Assembly: GCA_963799015.1 (NCBI GenBank)
Contig: CAWCWD010000062.1
Coordinates: 51-64,050, forward strand
DNA length: 64,000 nucleotides
From: an uncultured Actinomycetota bacterium
Lineage (GTDB): Bacteria; Actinomycetota; Actinomycetes; Actinomycetales; Microbacteriaceae
Direction of reading: 5' to 3'
Under the pieces are notes generated by a model. The model made no database searches. It worked only from the letters and a program-made list of their open reading frames with translations, and was not told the origin of the DNA. Positions 27,390-36,736 of the stretch are shown piece by piece; within the stretch, counting starts at the first letter, position 1, and the number at the start of each line of letters is the position of its first letter. The position numbers were made by a program, and so were the translations under genes.

Positions 27390-28087
27390 CGCGACGATTT
27401 CGGCACTCCGACGAGGTCTGGCTGACCTTCCCGAGCCTGCGTGCCGGGGCGCTCGTCTGCGACGGCATCCGGGTGGACGCCGACGTCGACGCATCCGTGC
27501 GCGAGCGCACCGCGCTCGCCGCGCGGCGGGCAGAACACGTTCCCGAGAGCGAACTCCCCGAGATCCGGGCCTGGCGGCGGACGTACGCGCAGATGGGACT
27601 GAAGCCCACGCAGTACCGGTGCGCCGCGGAGTCCCTGCTCCGCCGCATCCGGACGCAAGGCGACCTGCCGCGCCTGCATCCACTCGTGGACCTGTGCAAC
27701 GCGGTGTCGGCGGCACGCGCGATCCCGATCGCGGTCCTCGACCTCGACCGAGTCGAAGGCGACCTCACCGTGCGTCCTGCGTGTGGCGCTGAGACGTACG
27801 TGACGTTCTCCGGCGACGTCGAGCATCCTGCCGCAGGCGAGATCGTCTACGCGGATGACGCGGGCTCCGCGCACTCCCGCCGCTGGGTGACGCGCCAGAG
27901 CGGCCGTTCCGCGGTGACCCCGGACACCCGTCGCGTGCTCGTGGTCGTCGAGGCGGTGCACGACTCGGCCGCGATCGACGTTGCCGCGACCCTCGACGAA
28001 CTCGCCGAGCGGATCGGCCGCACGTGGCGTCCGGCCCACCACCGGATGCTCACCGCGGTCGAACCTGCGATCAACCTCGATCGATGA
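27386..28087 (+). CDS. B3/B4 domain (tRNA-editing-like) protein
   Basis: WRRTYAQMGLKPTQYRCAAESLLRR...HPLVDLCNAVS; ATGA overlap with EamA stop. Confidence 0.88.
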   Translation: MTRRFRHSDEVWLTFPSLRAGALVCDGIRVDADVDASVRERTALAARRAEHVPESELPEIRAWRRTYAQMGLKPTQYRCAAESLLRRIRTQGDLPRLHPLVDLCNAVSAARAIPIAVLDLDRVEGDLTVRPACGAETYVTFSGDVEHPAAGEIVYADDAGSAHSRRWVTRQSGRSAVTPDTRRVLVVVEAVHDSAAIDVAATLDELAERIGRTWRPAHHRMLTAVEPAINLDR

Positions 28088-28111
28088 CCGATGGGGCGCG
28101 CCTCAGTCGGG

Positions 28112-28260
28112 GTCGAGGCAGCCGACGACGCCGAGCTCTTCTCTACCCCGGCGACCAGCACTACTTCGCCGACTCCAGCCTGCCGAGCTACGACGCAGAC
28201 GCGTCGAGGCTCCTCACACATCGCGTGCTGGAGTTCCTCGCGCGGAACGGCTGAAGCCTG
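28112..28260 (+). pseudogene. Duplicated 3' end of the dienelactone hydrolase gene (copy of 24683-24832)
   Basis: About 150 bp, mostly third-position differences, includes stop codon and following AGCCTG. Confidence 0.9.
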
Positions 28261-28262
28261 AG

Positions 28263-28706
28263 TCATGGCCCGACGTCATCGCCCGACGTCGCCGGCCGAC
28301 CGCGAGCCGCGAGCGGCAGCCCGATCACCAGCGTCGCCCCGGTCACGAGGTGCATCACGACGAGCACCACGAACACGGCGCCCGCTGCGCCCCCCGTCAC
28401 CGGCGCGAGCAGCGAGAGAGCGAGCACCGTCCAGCCGATGATCGCGAAGACCCGGCCAGGGTGCTTCACGAACCGCTCGAGCAGGGCGAGCACGCCCCAC
28501 GCGGCGAGTCCCGCGACGAGGACCACGACGACGATCGACAGCGGCGTGATGGTCTGCGCCGCCGCGCCGGAGCCCACCGTGAGGTCGACGCCGGCGATGG
28601 GCACGGCGATCACCCACACGATGAGCGGCGCCGCAATGGCCGCCGCCACGGTCGCGACCCTGCCGAGACGGCGGCGGCGTGAATACTGTGTAGTCATCTC
28701 ATCCAT
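28263..28706 (-). CDS. DUF6069-like membrane protein
   Basis: Four TM helices, 'LVVMHLV' motif. Confidence 0.75.
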   Translation of the reverse strand: MDEMTTQYSRRRRLGRVATVAAAIAAPLIVWVIAVPIAGVDLTVGSGAAAQTITPLSIVVVVLVAGLAAWGVLALLERFVKHPGRVFAIIGWTVLALSLLAPVTGGAAGAVFVVLVVMHLVTGATLVIGLPLAARGRPATSGDDVGP

Positions 28707-28885
28707 GCAGGTGACATTACGAGCGCCCGGCCTCACCCGGTAGGGTCGGATGTCCCTACCTCGACGAGACGTATGGCATCGGCGGCTTGCCGCCGGTGCA
28801 GGTCGCTCCGTCGCCCGGCATGCGGTGGTCTGATACGTTCGCCGCATACCCCGTCGTAAGATGGCCGGCGGAGAGGACGAGGGCG

Positions 28886-29473
28886 ATGGCCGATCCGGTG
28901 GGCGACATCATCGGAGACTATCGGGCGTTCGCGGCGCAGCAGCGCGACCGCTTGCTCGCCCGAGGCATCGACATCGCGCCGTACGAGCTGAGCCACCTCG
29001 CCGTCCGCGTGCCGGAGTGGGACCAGTATGTCCACCTGCGGACCCTGCTCGAGCGCCACGCCATCGCCAATGTGGAGGGCGTCTGGAACGGGCGGCCGAT
29101 GTCCATGATCCTCCTCGCCGAGCCGCTCGGCGTCCTCGACGGCCAGGTGATCCCGCTCATCGAGCTCATCCCGCCCGTCCACCAGCGCGTCTACAAGATG
29201 GGCATGGAGCACTTCGGCGTGGTCGTCGGCGAGGAGGTCGACGCGTTCTCCCGCCGGCATCGAGCGGCGCTGACCGGCCAGCAGTTCCAGAGCCAGTGGA
29301 ACGAGCCGTATTACGTCCTGTTCGAGGACTTCACCCACGTGAAGTTCCACCGCCGCTCGCTGCGCGCGGTGATCGAGCTGCAGGGCGGGACGTTCGAGGG
29401 CATCCATCATGTCGACGGCTGGGTCCCGCAGCGGCTGGTCACGGCGACTGGTCCGAACCCTCTGCCGCGCTGA
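28886..29473 (+). CDS. YecM-like VOC/glyoxalase protein
   Basis: SHLAVRV...NGRPMSMILLAEPL...IELIPP...EHFGVV...VKFH. Confidence 0.75.
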   Translation: MADPVGDIIGDYRAFAAQQRDRLLARGIDIAPYELSHLAVRVPEWDQYVHLRTLLERHAIANVEGVWNGRPMSMILLAEPLGVLDGQVIPLIELIPPVHQRVYKMGMEHFGVVVGEEVDAFSRRHRAALTGQQFQSQWNEPYYVLFEDFTHVKFHRRSLRAVIELQGGTFEGIHHVDGWVPQRLVTATGPNPLPR

Positions 29474-29584
29474 GCGGAGCGGGCGGTCGGAGTACGTCGA
29501 GATCCTCGTCTTCTCACCGATGCAGTACCTCGAAAAGGACAAGGGCTGAAAACCCCAGCGCAGTCCGCCTCTGTCGGACACGCC

Positions 29585-30376
29585 CTAGTCGTCGAGGCTC
29601 CCCATCGTGAGGTTGACGATGGTGCCGGTCAGCCCGCTCGCGCGGTCGGAGGCGAGGAAGGCGGCCACCCCGGCCATCTCGTCCAGCGACATGAGCCGCC
29701 GCGGGTGCGTCTTGCTCGCGAGCAGCTCCTCCCACTGCTCCCACGTCAACCCCGTGGCCGCGGCGCGCGGCTCGAAGGCCTCGCGAATCGTGCTCGACTC
29801 CGGCATCGCCTGCGGCCGGAGCCCGACCACGCGGATGCCTCGGGGCGCGAGCTCCGCCGAGAGGTCGCGGGTGAGGGCCTCCATCGCCGCCATCGCCGGC
29901 CCGTACCCGCCAACGAGTGGGATCCCGGTACGGGAGTGGAGCGCGGTGACCCGCATGATCACGCCCGACCCCGCCTGCGACATCCGCCGTGCTGCCAGGC
30001 GTGCCGTGAGGAAGTACGACCGCGTGTAGGCGTCGATCGGCCTGGCGAACTGCTCCGCGTCGATGTCCACGAGCGGCACGCCGACGACTCCGGCATCCGG
30101 AATCCCGACGGCATTGAACGAGATGTCGACCCGGCCGACCCGCTCGACCACCGACTGCAGGTGCGCGTCGATCGCGTCCTCGTCGAGGGCGTCGACCTGT
30201 GCAGCCTCGGCGAATCCGCCGGCAGCACGGATGTCGGCCGCGACCGCCTCGACGGGTCCCGGCGCGTGTCCGGTGAGGAACACCTCCGCCCCCTCCTCGG
30301 CGAAGGCACGGGCGACGGCACCTCCGATCGACCCTCCGGCTCCGTAGACCACCGCGATCTTGTTCTCCAGCAACAT
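29585..30376 (-). CDS. SDR-family oxidoreductase
   Basis: YGAGGSIG; RBS AAAGGA. Confidence 0.9.
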   Translation of the reverse strand: MLLENKIAVVYGAGGSIGGAVARAFAEEGAEVFLTGHAPGPVEAVAADIRAAGGFAEAAQVDALDEDAIDAHLQSVVERVGRVDISFNAVGIPDAGVVGVPLVDIDAEQFARPIDAYTRSYFLTARLAARRMSQAGSGVIMRVTALHSRTGIPLVGGYGPAMAAMEALTRDLSAELAPRGIRVVGLRPQAMPESSTIREAFEPRAAATGLTWEQWEELLASKTHPRRLMSLDEMAGVAAFLASDRASGLTGTIVNLTMGSLDD

Positions 30377-30506
30377 GGGGTTTCCTTTCGTCACTGATGA
30401 AGACCCCGCGGATGCCGCGAACTGGGCTTCGGCGACCGCCCATTCCGTGTGACGGCCGGTGTCCATACAGTGAGGAGCAGGACGCTCCGGAGGCGGGTGA
30501 CGAATC

Positions 30507-31514
30507 ATGGGCGTGGTGGCGGATGACCTGGTCGCGCGGGCCCGAGCGGGCGACGGCGAGGCGTTCCGTGAACTCGTCGCGCCGCACCAGCGCGAACTGC
30601 AGGTGCATTGCTATCGGATGCTGGGCTCCATCAGCGACGCCGAGGATGCGCTGCAGGACACCCTGCTCGCGGCGTGGCAGGGCCTCGCCTCGTTCGAGGG
30701 CCGCTCGTCGCTTCGCACCTGGCTGTACCGCATCGCCACCAACCGGTGCCTCAATGCGCGGCGCGCGGCGGCGCGTCGCCCGGCGAAGGAGTGGGACGTG
30801 CCGCGAGTCGACCCACCTGAGCCCACCCGCCTCGGCGAGGTCGTCTGGCTCGAGCCCATCCCCGACTCCCTCCTCGAGGGCGTGATCGACCAGCCGCCCG
30901 ACCCCGCGGCTCGATACGAACAGCGGGAGTCGATCTCGCTCGCATTCGTGACTGCGCTCCAACTCCTTCCGCCGCGCCAGGTGGCCGTGCTCGTGCTGCG
31001 TGACGTGCTCGGCTATCCCGCATCCGAGGTGGCCGCCATGCTCGACACCTCCGTCGACTCGGTCACGAGTGCCCTCAAGCGTGCGCGGGCCACCCTGCAG
31101 CGCCGGATGCCGCGGAACGAGCCGCCGCCTCCCCCGGGCTCACCCGCCGAAGCCGCGCTCGCTGCGCAATTCGCCGACGCCTACGAGTCGGCCGACCTCG
31201 GGGCCCTCATCGCCCTGCTCACCGACGACGTGTTCATCTCGATGCCGCCGATGCCGTTCGAGTACGAGGGACGCGAGCCGGCGGCGCGGTTCTTCGGTGC
31301 GATCTTCGACGCCGGGCGCCGCTTCGACCTCGTGCCGACGTGGGCGAACGGGCAGCCGGCCTTCGGCGCCTACCTCCGCGACGCCGGCGGCGCGCGCCAC
31401 GGAGTCGGCCTCTTCGTCCTCACGCTCGCCGGCGATCGCATCCGAGCCCTGACCCGATTCGAGAACACCGTGCTCCCGTGGTTCGGGTTGCCGCGGCAGC
31501 TTCCCGAGCGGTAG
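30507..31514 (+). CDS. SigG-like ECF sigma factor with SnoaL domain
   Basis: HCYRMLGS..DAEDALQ, FEGRSSLRTWLYRIATN, SMPP, ANGQPA. Confidence 0.92.
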   Translation: MGVVADDLVARARAGDGEAFRELVAPHQRELQVHCYRMLGSISDAEDALQDTLLAAWQGLASFEGRSSLRTWLYRIATNRCLNARRAAARRPAKEWDVPRVDPPEPTRLGEVVWLEPIPDSLLEGVIDQPPDPAARYEQRESISLAFVTALQLLPPRQVAVLVLRDVLGYPASEVAAMLDTSVDSVTSALKRARATLQRRMPRNEPPPPPGSPAEAALAAQFADAYESADLGALIALLTDDVFISMPPMPFEYEGREPAARFFGAIFDAGRRFDLVPTWANGQPAFGAYLRDAGGARHGVGLFVLTLAGDRIRALTRFENTVLPWFGLPRQLPER

Positions 31515-31530
31515 GACGACCGTCCCGACG

Positions 31531-31563
31531 TCAGAGCGCCCCAGTCACCGCCGTCTCGCGCAC
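31531..31563. repeat. 33-bp direct repeat, left copy (right copy 36441-36473)
   Basis: TCAGAGC(G/A)CCCC(A/G)GTC(A/G)CCGCCGTCTCGCGCAC, 30/33 identical. Confidence 0.85.
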
Positions 31564-31719
31564 CCGGCCCGCCGTCGAACACGAGCAACCGGCGGGTCGC
31601 CGCGGCATCCGCTCGCTCGCGGGGCGGACGCATGGTACGGTCGTGCCGCTGCCCGACTGAGGCGACGATCAGTGCCCGCACCGATTCCGTTCGGCGGGCA
31701 TCGGAGCACAATGCAGAGC

Positions 31720-33000
31720 ATGAAGCGGCGAATACTGTTCGCACTCACGGACGCCGGCGGCACCGTCCCGCCCGAAGTCGGGTGTCGCGCGTCGACTCGT
31801 GGATCGCGGGCATCTGATCACCGTGTGCGCAGACGAGTCCATGGCGGACCAGGTGCTTCCGACCGGCGCGACGTTCGTCCCGTGGACCTCGCGCCCGGCC
31901 GGAGCAATTCCGCGACTGGGAGCTGCGCACCCCGACAAGCCTCGCGCGGGGCATGGCAGAGCACATGTTCACCGGACCGGCGCCGGGCCAGGCATCCGAC
32001 ACCACGAACGCGATCGACGCGGTGCGGCCGGAGCTCGTGGTGACGTCCTTCATGGCCGTCGGCGCCATGATCGCTGCCGAGGCTCGCGGGGTTCCGTTCG
32101 ACGTGCTCGATCCCGAACATCTACCCCATGCCCTCGCCCGGAGCGCCGCCGCTCGGCACCGGTCTCGCCCCCGGGCGCGGGCCGCTCGGGCGGGCGCGCG
32201 ATCGGGCGGTGAACGCAGGAGCCACTCGGCTATTCGACCGGTACGCGCTCGCGCCCATCAACGCGCTTCGCGGTGATCTCGGCCTCGATCCGGTCGCGCA
32301 CACGTGGGACCAGTTGCACCGCGCACGCCGAGAGCTCGTGCTCACCTCCGAGGCGTTCGACTTCCCGGCGCAATTGCGGGACAACGCCCGCTACGTCGGG
32401 CCCATCCTCGACGATCCCGCTTGGGCGGCCGACGAGGCATGGGAGCCTCCCGCCGGCGACGAGCCCCTCGTCCTGGTGGCCATGTCGTCGACGTTCCAGA
32501 ACCACGTCGCGTGCATGCAGCGGATCGTCGACGCCCTCGAGAGCCTGCCCGTACGAGGACTGGTGACCACGGGCCCCGCCGTCGCGCCCGACGCGATCCG
32601 CTCACCGGCGAACGTCACCGTGGTGAACTCGGCGCCGCATCGCGAGGTCATGCGCGCGGCCGACCTCGTCGTCACCCACGGCGGTCACGGCACCGTGATC
32701 AAGACGCTTGCGGCGGAGCGGCCGCTCGTCATCCTCCACCACGGCCGCGACCAGGCAGCCAACGCCGTTCGGGTCACGAGCCGAGGCGCCGGCGTCGCGG
32801 TCTCACGCCGCGCACCGGTGCGGACGATCGCCCGCGCCATCGCCGAGGTGCTCGGCGACGACGAGTACCGCCGCGCCGCGGCAGAGCTCGGCCGGGCTGT
32901 GGCACGGGATGCCGCGAGCAGCGCGCTGCTCGACGAGCTGGAGCAGCCGATCCCGGCGAGCGGCCCGTCGACCGATCGAACGCCGACGGCCGGTTCGTAG
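31720..33000 (+). CDS. GT1 UDP-glycosyltransferase (several apparent frameshifts in the 5' third)
   Basis: DAGGTVPP N-terminus; VVTHGGHGT...GRDQ. Confidence 0.85.
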
Positions 33001-33071
33001 GACGCGCGGCGACGATTTTGCGCTGCCTGTCAAGAACATGGGCAGGGCGCCGAGGCGACGACGCGGGAGGA

Positions 33072-33707
33072 CTACGCGCCCAACCCGCGCTCTCTCGCCG
33101 CCGCCGCCGCCGCGACCCGGCTGGGCACCTGCAGACGCGTGAGCAGCTCCGACACGGTGTTCGCCACCGTCTTCGACGTCACATCCAGCTCGGCGGCGAT
33201 CGCAGCGTTGTCGAGGCCGCGCGCCAAGCCACGAAGCACCTCGAACTGTCGCGCGCTGAGCTCGGGGAACTCACCGCGGCCACCGACCTCGCCCCGCGCC
33301 AGCAGCGACCGAGCCGCATCCGACAGCGCGCTCCCGACCACCAGTTGCCCGGCATGCACGGCCTGGATGGCCGCCGCGACCTCGGCACGTCCGCTCGACT
33401 TCGACAGATATCCGCTTGCCCCCACCTGGAACGCGGCGACCAGCGTGCCCGGATCCTCGAGCATCGTGAGAATGAGCACCCGAACTCCCCCGTCGACGAT
33501 GCGTTTCGTCGCGGCGAGCCCGCCGATACCGGCCATCGACACGTCCATCACGACGAGGTCGGGGTCGAGCTCGTCGGCCAGCGACACTGCCGCCTCGCCG
33601 GAGTCTCCGAACCCGACCACCTCGACGCCGGGCACCGACCCGAGCAGGGCGGCGAGCCCATCCCGCACCATAGGGTGGTCGTCCACCACCAGCACGCGCA
33701 CCGTCAT
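33072..33707 (-). CDS. NarL-family response regulator
   Basis: VLVVDDH, VMDVSM, LuxR HTH. Confidence 0.92.
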   Translation of the reverse strand: MTVRVLVVDDHPMVRDGLAALLGSVPGVEVVGFGDSGEAAVSLADELDPDLVVMDVSMAGIGGLAATKRIVDGGVRVLILTMLEDPGTLVAAFQVGASGYLSKSSGRAEVAAAIQAVHAGQLVVGSALSDAARSLLARGEVGGRGEFPELSARQFEVLRGLARGLDNAAIAAELDVTSKTVANTVSELLTRLQVPSRVAAAAAARERGLGA

Positions 33708-35675
33708 GACGCCACCAACGGCAGTTCCACCGAGACATCCGTGCCGTCTGGTCGCCGCTGCACCGAGAATGCGCCGCCGAGCAGTTCGGCGCGTTCCTGC
33801 ATCGAGGCGATGCCGACCCCCGGCTTCCATTCCCCGGCAGAGCTCCGGCCGTCATCCGTGATCCTCAGCATGAGGCGATCGCCGGCCGACCAGAGGTGCA
33901 CCGCGATCGTGCCACCGCCGGAATGCCGCAGCGCATTCGACACCGCCTCGGTGCAGATGCGGTACGCCGCCGCCTCGACGCTCGGCGACACCGTCGGCAG
34001 GTCGTTGCCGCCGCGCAGCAGCACCTCCACCCGCCGACCGGCCGACGAGATCGCCGCGGTCCGCTGGCGGAGCGCTGCGACCAGACCTGCCGAGTCCAAC
34101 TCGTGCGGTCGAAGATCGTTGATGACGGCGCGGATCGACTGATGGATTCCGGCCACATCGGTGCGCACGACCGAGAGCACGGGTCGGAGGGCATCCGGAT
34201 CGTCCACGAGCTCCGCGGCAGCCTCCAACTTGAACGACAACCCCGTTATCGCCGACGCCACGCCGTCGTGGAGCTCACGCTGCACGCGCAGCCGCTCCGT
34301 TTCGGCGGCATCCACGACGCGACGCCGGGATGCGATGAGCTCCTGCTCCAGTCGACGCGAACCCGCGAGCAGCGCGAGCACCGGTGCGACCAGTTCCAGC
34401 ACGTCGCGGTCGGATCGGGTGAGTCCCGCCTGTCCTGGCCGCACGCCGACGACGAGACGGCCGGACTGCTGCTCGTCCTGCACGAGCGGGAACTCCACCA
34501 CCGACTCGACCCGCTCCCCGGTCGTCACCGCCTCCAGGCCGTCGACCTCTGAGCGACAGCCATGGCAGGCGGAGGGATGCCGCGAGTCGGCCGAGCAACT
34601 CCGCCGACTCCCCCCCGCTCGACACCTCCCGTGCCACGAGCTGCATCACGTGCACGGGCTCGGATCGGCGCCCGTAGAGCAGACGGTCGACCACCCGCTG
34701 CAGGAATCGGCGCAACGGATCGAACGCGAGCGCGACCAACAGCGCGACGATGATCGAGCTCACCGTCGACTGGAGCACAAGACTCAGCAGCGCGACGGCA
34801 CCGATGTAGACGAGCACCACGACTGCGGTGAGCAGGGTCCATGCGAGTGCCCGAGAGAACACGAGCGTGATGTCGAGCAGCCGGTGCCGGAGCACCGCGA
34901 TCAGGATCGCGATCGGGATGAGCGTGTAGACGAGCAGGAGGGTGTTGTCGCCGAGCCCGAACACCGTGAGCGGCACCGAAACAACGAACGCGACGAGGGC
35001 TGCGAGTGCGACCCACAGCACCTGGCGGCGCACGGTCTCGGATCCGCGGATGTACACGACGACGAGGCGAGCGAGAAGGGCGAACCAGATGATGGTCGCT
35101 GCGATATTCACGACGCTCCAGAGGGCCGTGAAGAGTTCGAAGCCCGGCGCACCGAGCGGATTCAGGTCGGTCGGCGCATTCGCGAGCATGGCGAAGACTC
35201 CGCCGAAGAGACCGACGAACCCGAGGCCGCACAGTCCGACGATCACCGCCGCGACCCGCTCGGGCGCGCTCGAGAGCCGTCCGGTAGGGAACAGGAGCAG
35301 GGTGAACGGCAGTGCGAGGCCGATGGCTATGGTCCACGCGCTGACTCCCAGCCCGCCCAGTACCGCGAGCAACTGCTCCGACCAGCTGTGCTCAACCGCG
35401 TAGAGGGACGCAGGGACCGCCGCCGCGGACACGAGATACGCGAGACCGCCGCCGAGCAGCAACCAGCCGAGCACATTTCGCGGCCTGGCGAGCGCGAGCA
35501 GGGTGCCGCAGATCGCGAGGCTCGCACCGTTGACGAGGTTGCTCAGCGCGTAGCTGTCGAACGCGTCAGCCGGCGTCCAACCGTTCGCGACGAAGAACGT
35601 GACCGTGAGGACGACGAGCGCGGCCGCGACCGTGCCGCCGGCGATGCCGACGGCACGGAGCACGGGCTGAGTCAT
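33704..35675 (-). CDS. Membrane sensor histidine kinase (HisKA_3; apparent frameshift near 34540)
   Basis: RELHDG, EAVSNALRHS, DDG, GVGIASMQERA; multiple N-terminal TM helices. Confidence 0.88.
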
Positions 35676-35697
35676 GGTGAAGGCTGAGTCATGGTGA
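35665..35697. repeat. 16-bp tandem duplication GGCTGAGTCATGGTGA covering the kinase start codon
   Basis: Copies at 35665-35680 and 35682-35697. Confidence 0.85.
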
Positions 35698-35727
35698 GGT
35701 CAGTGTTCCACAGTCACGGGACTGCGG

Positions 35728-36309
35728 TCAGTGGCGGGCGGAGCGTGCGAACACGACGATCGCGATACCTTCTGCCGCCAGCAGCGCGACGCCGACCAGG
35801 GCGGCTACGAAGCCCGGCCCATCCGCGTTCGCGAGCCCACCGAGGTCGAGAGCAGCGAACGTCGCGATATCGATGAACAGCATCCACACCCCGACGAGCA
35901 GCAGGCCCCAGCGCGCGAATCCGCCGACGGCTCCGACTCGGGCGACCTCGATGCCGGCGACGAGCATGCCGAGTGTCAACAGCGTGCCGCCGAGCGGGAA
36001 CAGCAGCTCGATGACGTTGCCGGTCGCCGCGGCGATCGACGCGACCCCCAGGATGGCGTGAGCGGCCGCGTACACGAACAGCCCGATCCGCGCCAACACT
36101 GAGCGCCCGCCGATTCCACCCAGCGCGAGCAGCACGGCGGCGACAGCGAGGACTACCGGAGGAATGAAGCCGACCGGACTCTGTGGCAACAGGGATTGCA
36201 GGAGCCCGGACACGAGCTCGAGCGCGGCGCCGACCACGAGGGTGACACCACCGAGCATCAGGAGACGACGCGTGGAAGCGACGACCGGAGTAACAGGTGT
36301 AATAGTCAT
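35728..36309 (-). CDS. Hypothetical integral membrane protein (about 6 TM)
   Basis: Hydrophobic ORF upstream of the two-component pair. Confidence 0.7.
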   Translation of the reverse strand: MTITPVTPVVASTRRLLMLGGVTLVVGAALELVSGLLQSLLPQSPVGFIPPVVLAVAAVLLALGGIGGRSVLARIGLFVYAAAHAILGVASIAAATGNVIELLFPLGGTLLTLGMLVAGIEVARVGAVGGFARWGLLLVGVWMLFIDIATFAALDLGGLANADGPGFVAALVGVALLAAEGIAIVVFARSARH

Positions 36310-36440
36310 GACGCGAAACTATGGCCGCAGAGACCCCTGAGTCGGGGGGCGGGAACGATCTCCCGGGTCGACGCGCCGATCGTCCCGACTCTGCGGGACA
36401 CCCACGGCCGCCGGGGCAGGCGCCGCAGGCGAGCGCGAGT

Positions 36441-36473
36441 TCAGAGCACCCCGGTCGCCGCCGTCTCGCGCAC
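36441..36473. repeat. 33-bp direct repeat, right copy
   Basis: See 31531-31563. Confidence 0.85.
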
Positions 36474-36608
36474 ACGCGGCTCCGCAACCCGTCGTAGATG
36501 CCCGTGATGCTCTGGTCGATCGGGCGCGGCGCCTGCCGCTTCTTGATATCGGCGTGGGCAACAGCCAGAGGCGGGTACCGACCTCGAGGCACCTCGACCC
36601 TCGGCGCA

Positions 36609-36660
36609 CCGTTCGTCGCAGAAACCGCCCGCCCGTCGCACGGAATCGCCGTTGATCGCA
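36609..36660 (+). promoter_or_regulatory. Three direct repeats CCG(TTCG/CCCG/TTGA)TCGCA with 20-bp period, putative LytTR sites
   Basis: 36609-36620, 36629-36640 and 36649-36660, upstream of cstA. Confidence 0.6.
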
Positions 36661-36736
36661 ACGGGCCGACGGAGTCACCCCACCGCTCCCTAGGGTGACT
36701 CCTCGTCAGCAACGACGCGACCCAAGGAGGAGCACA

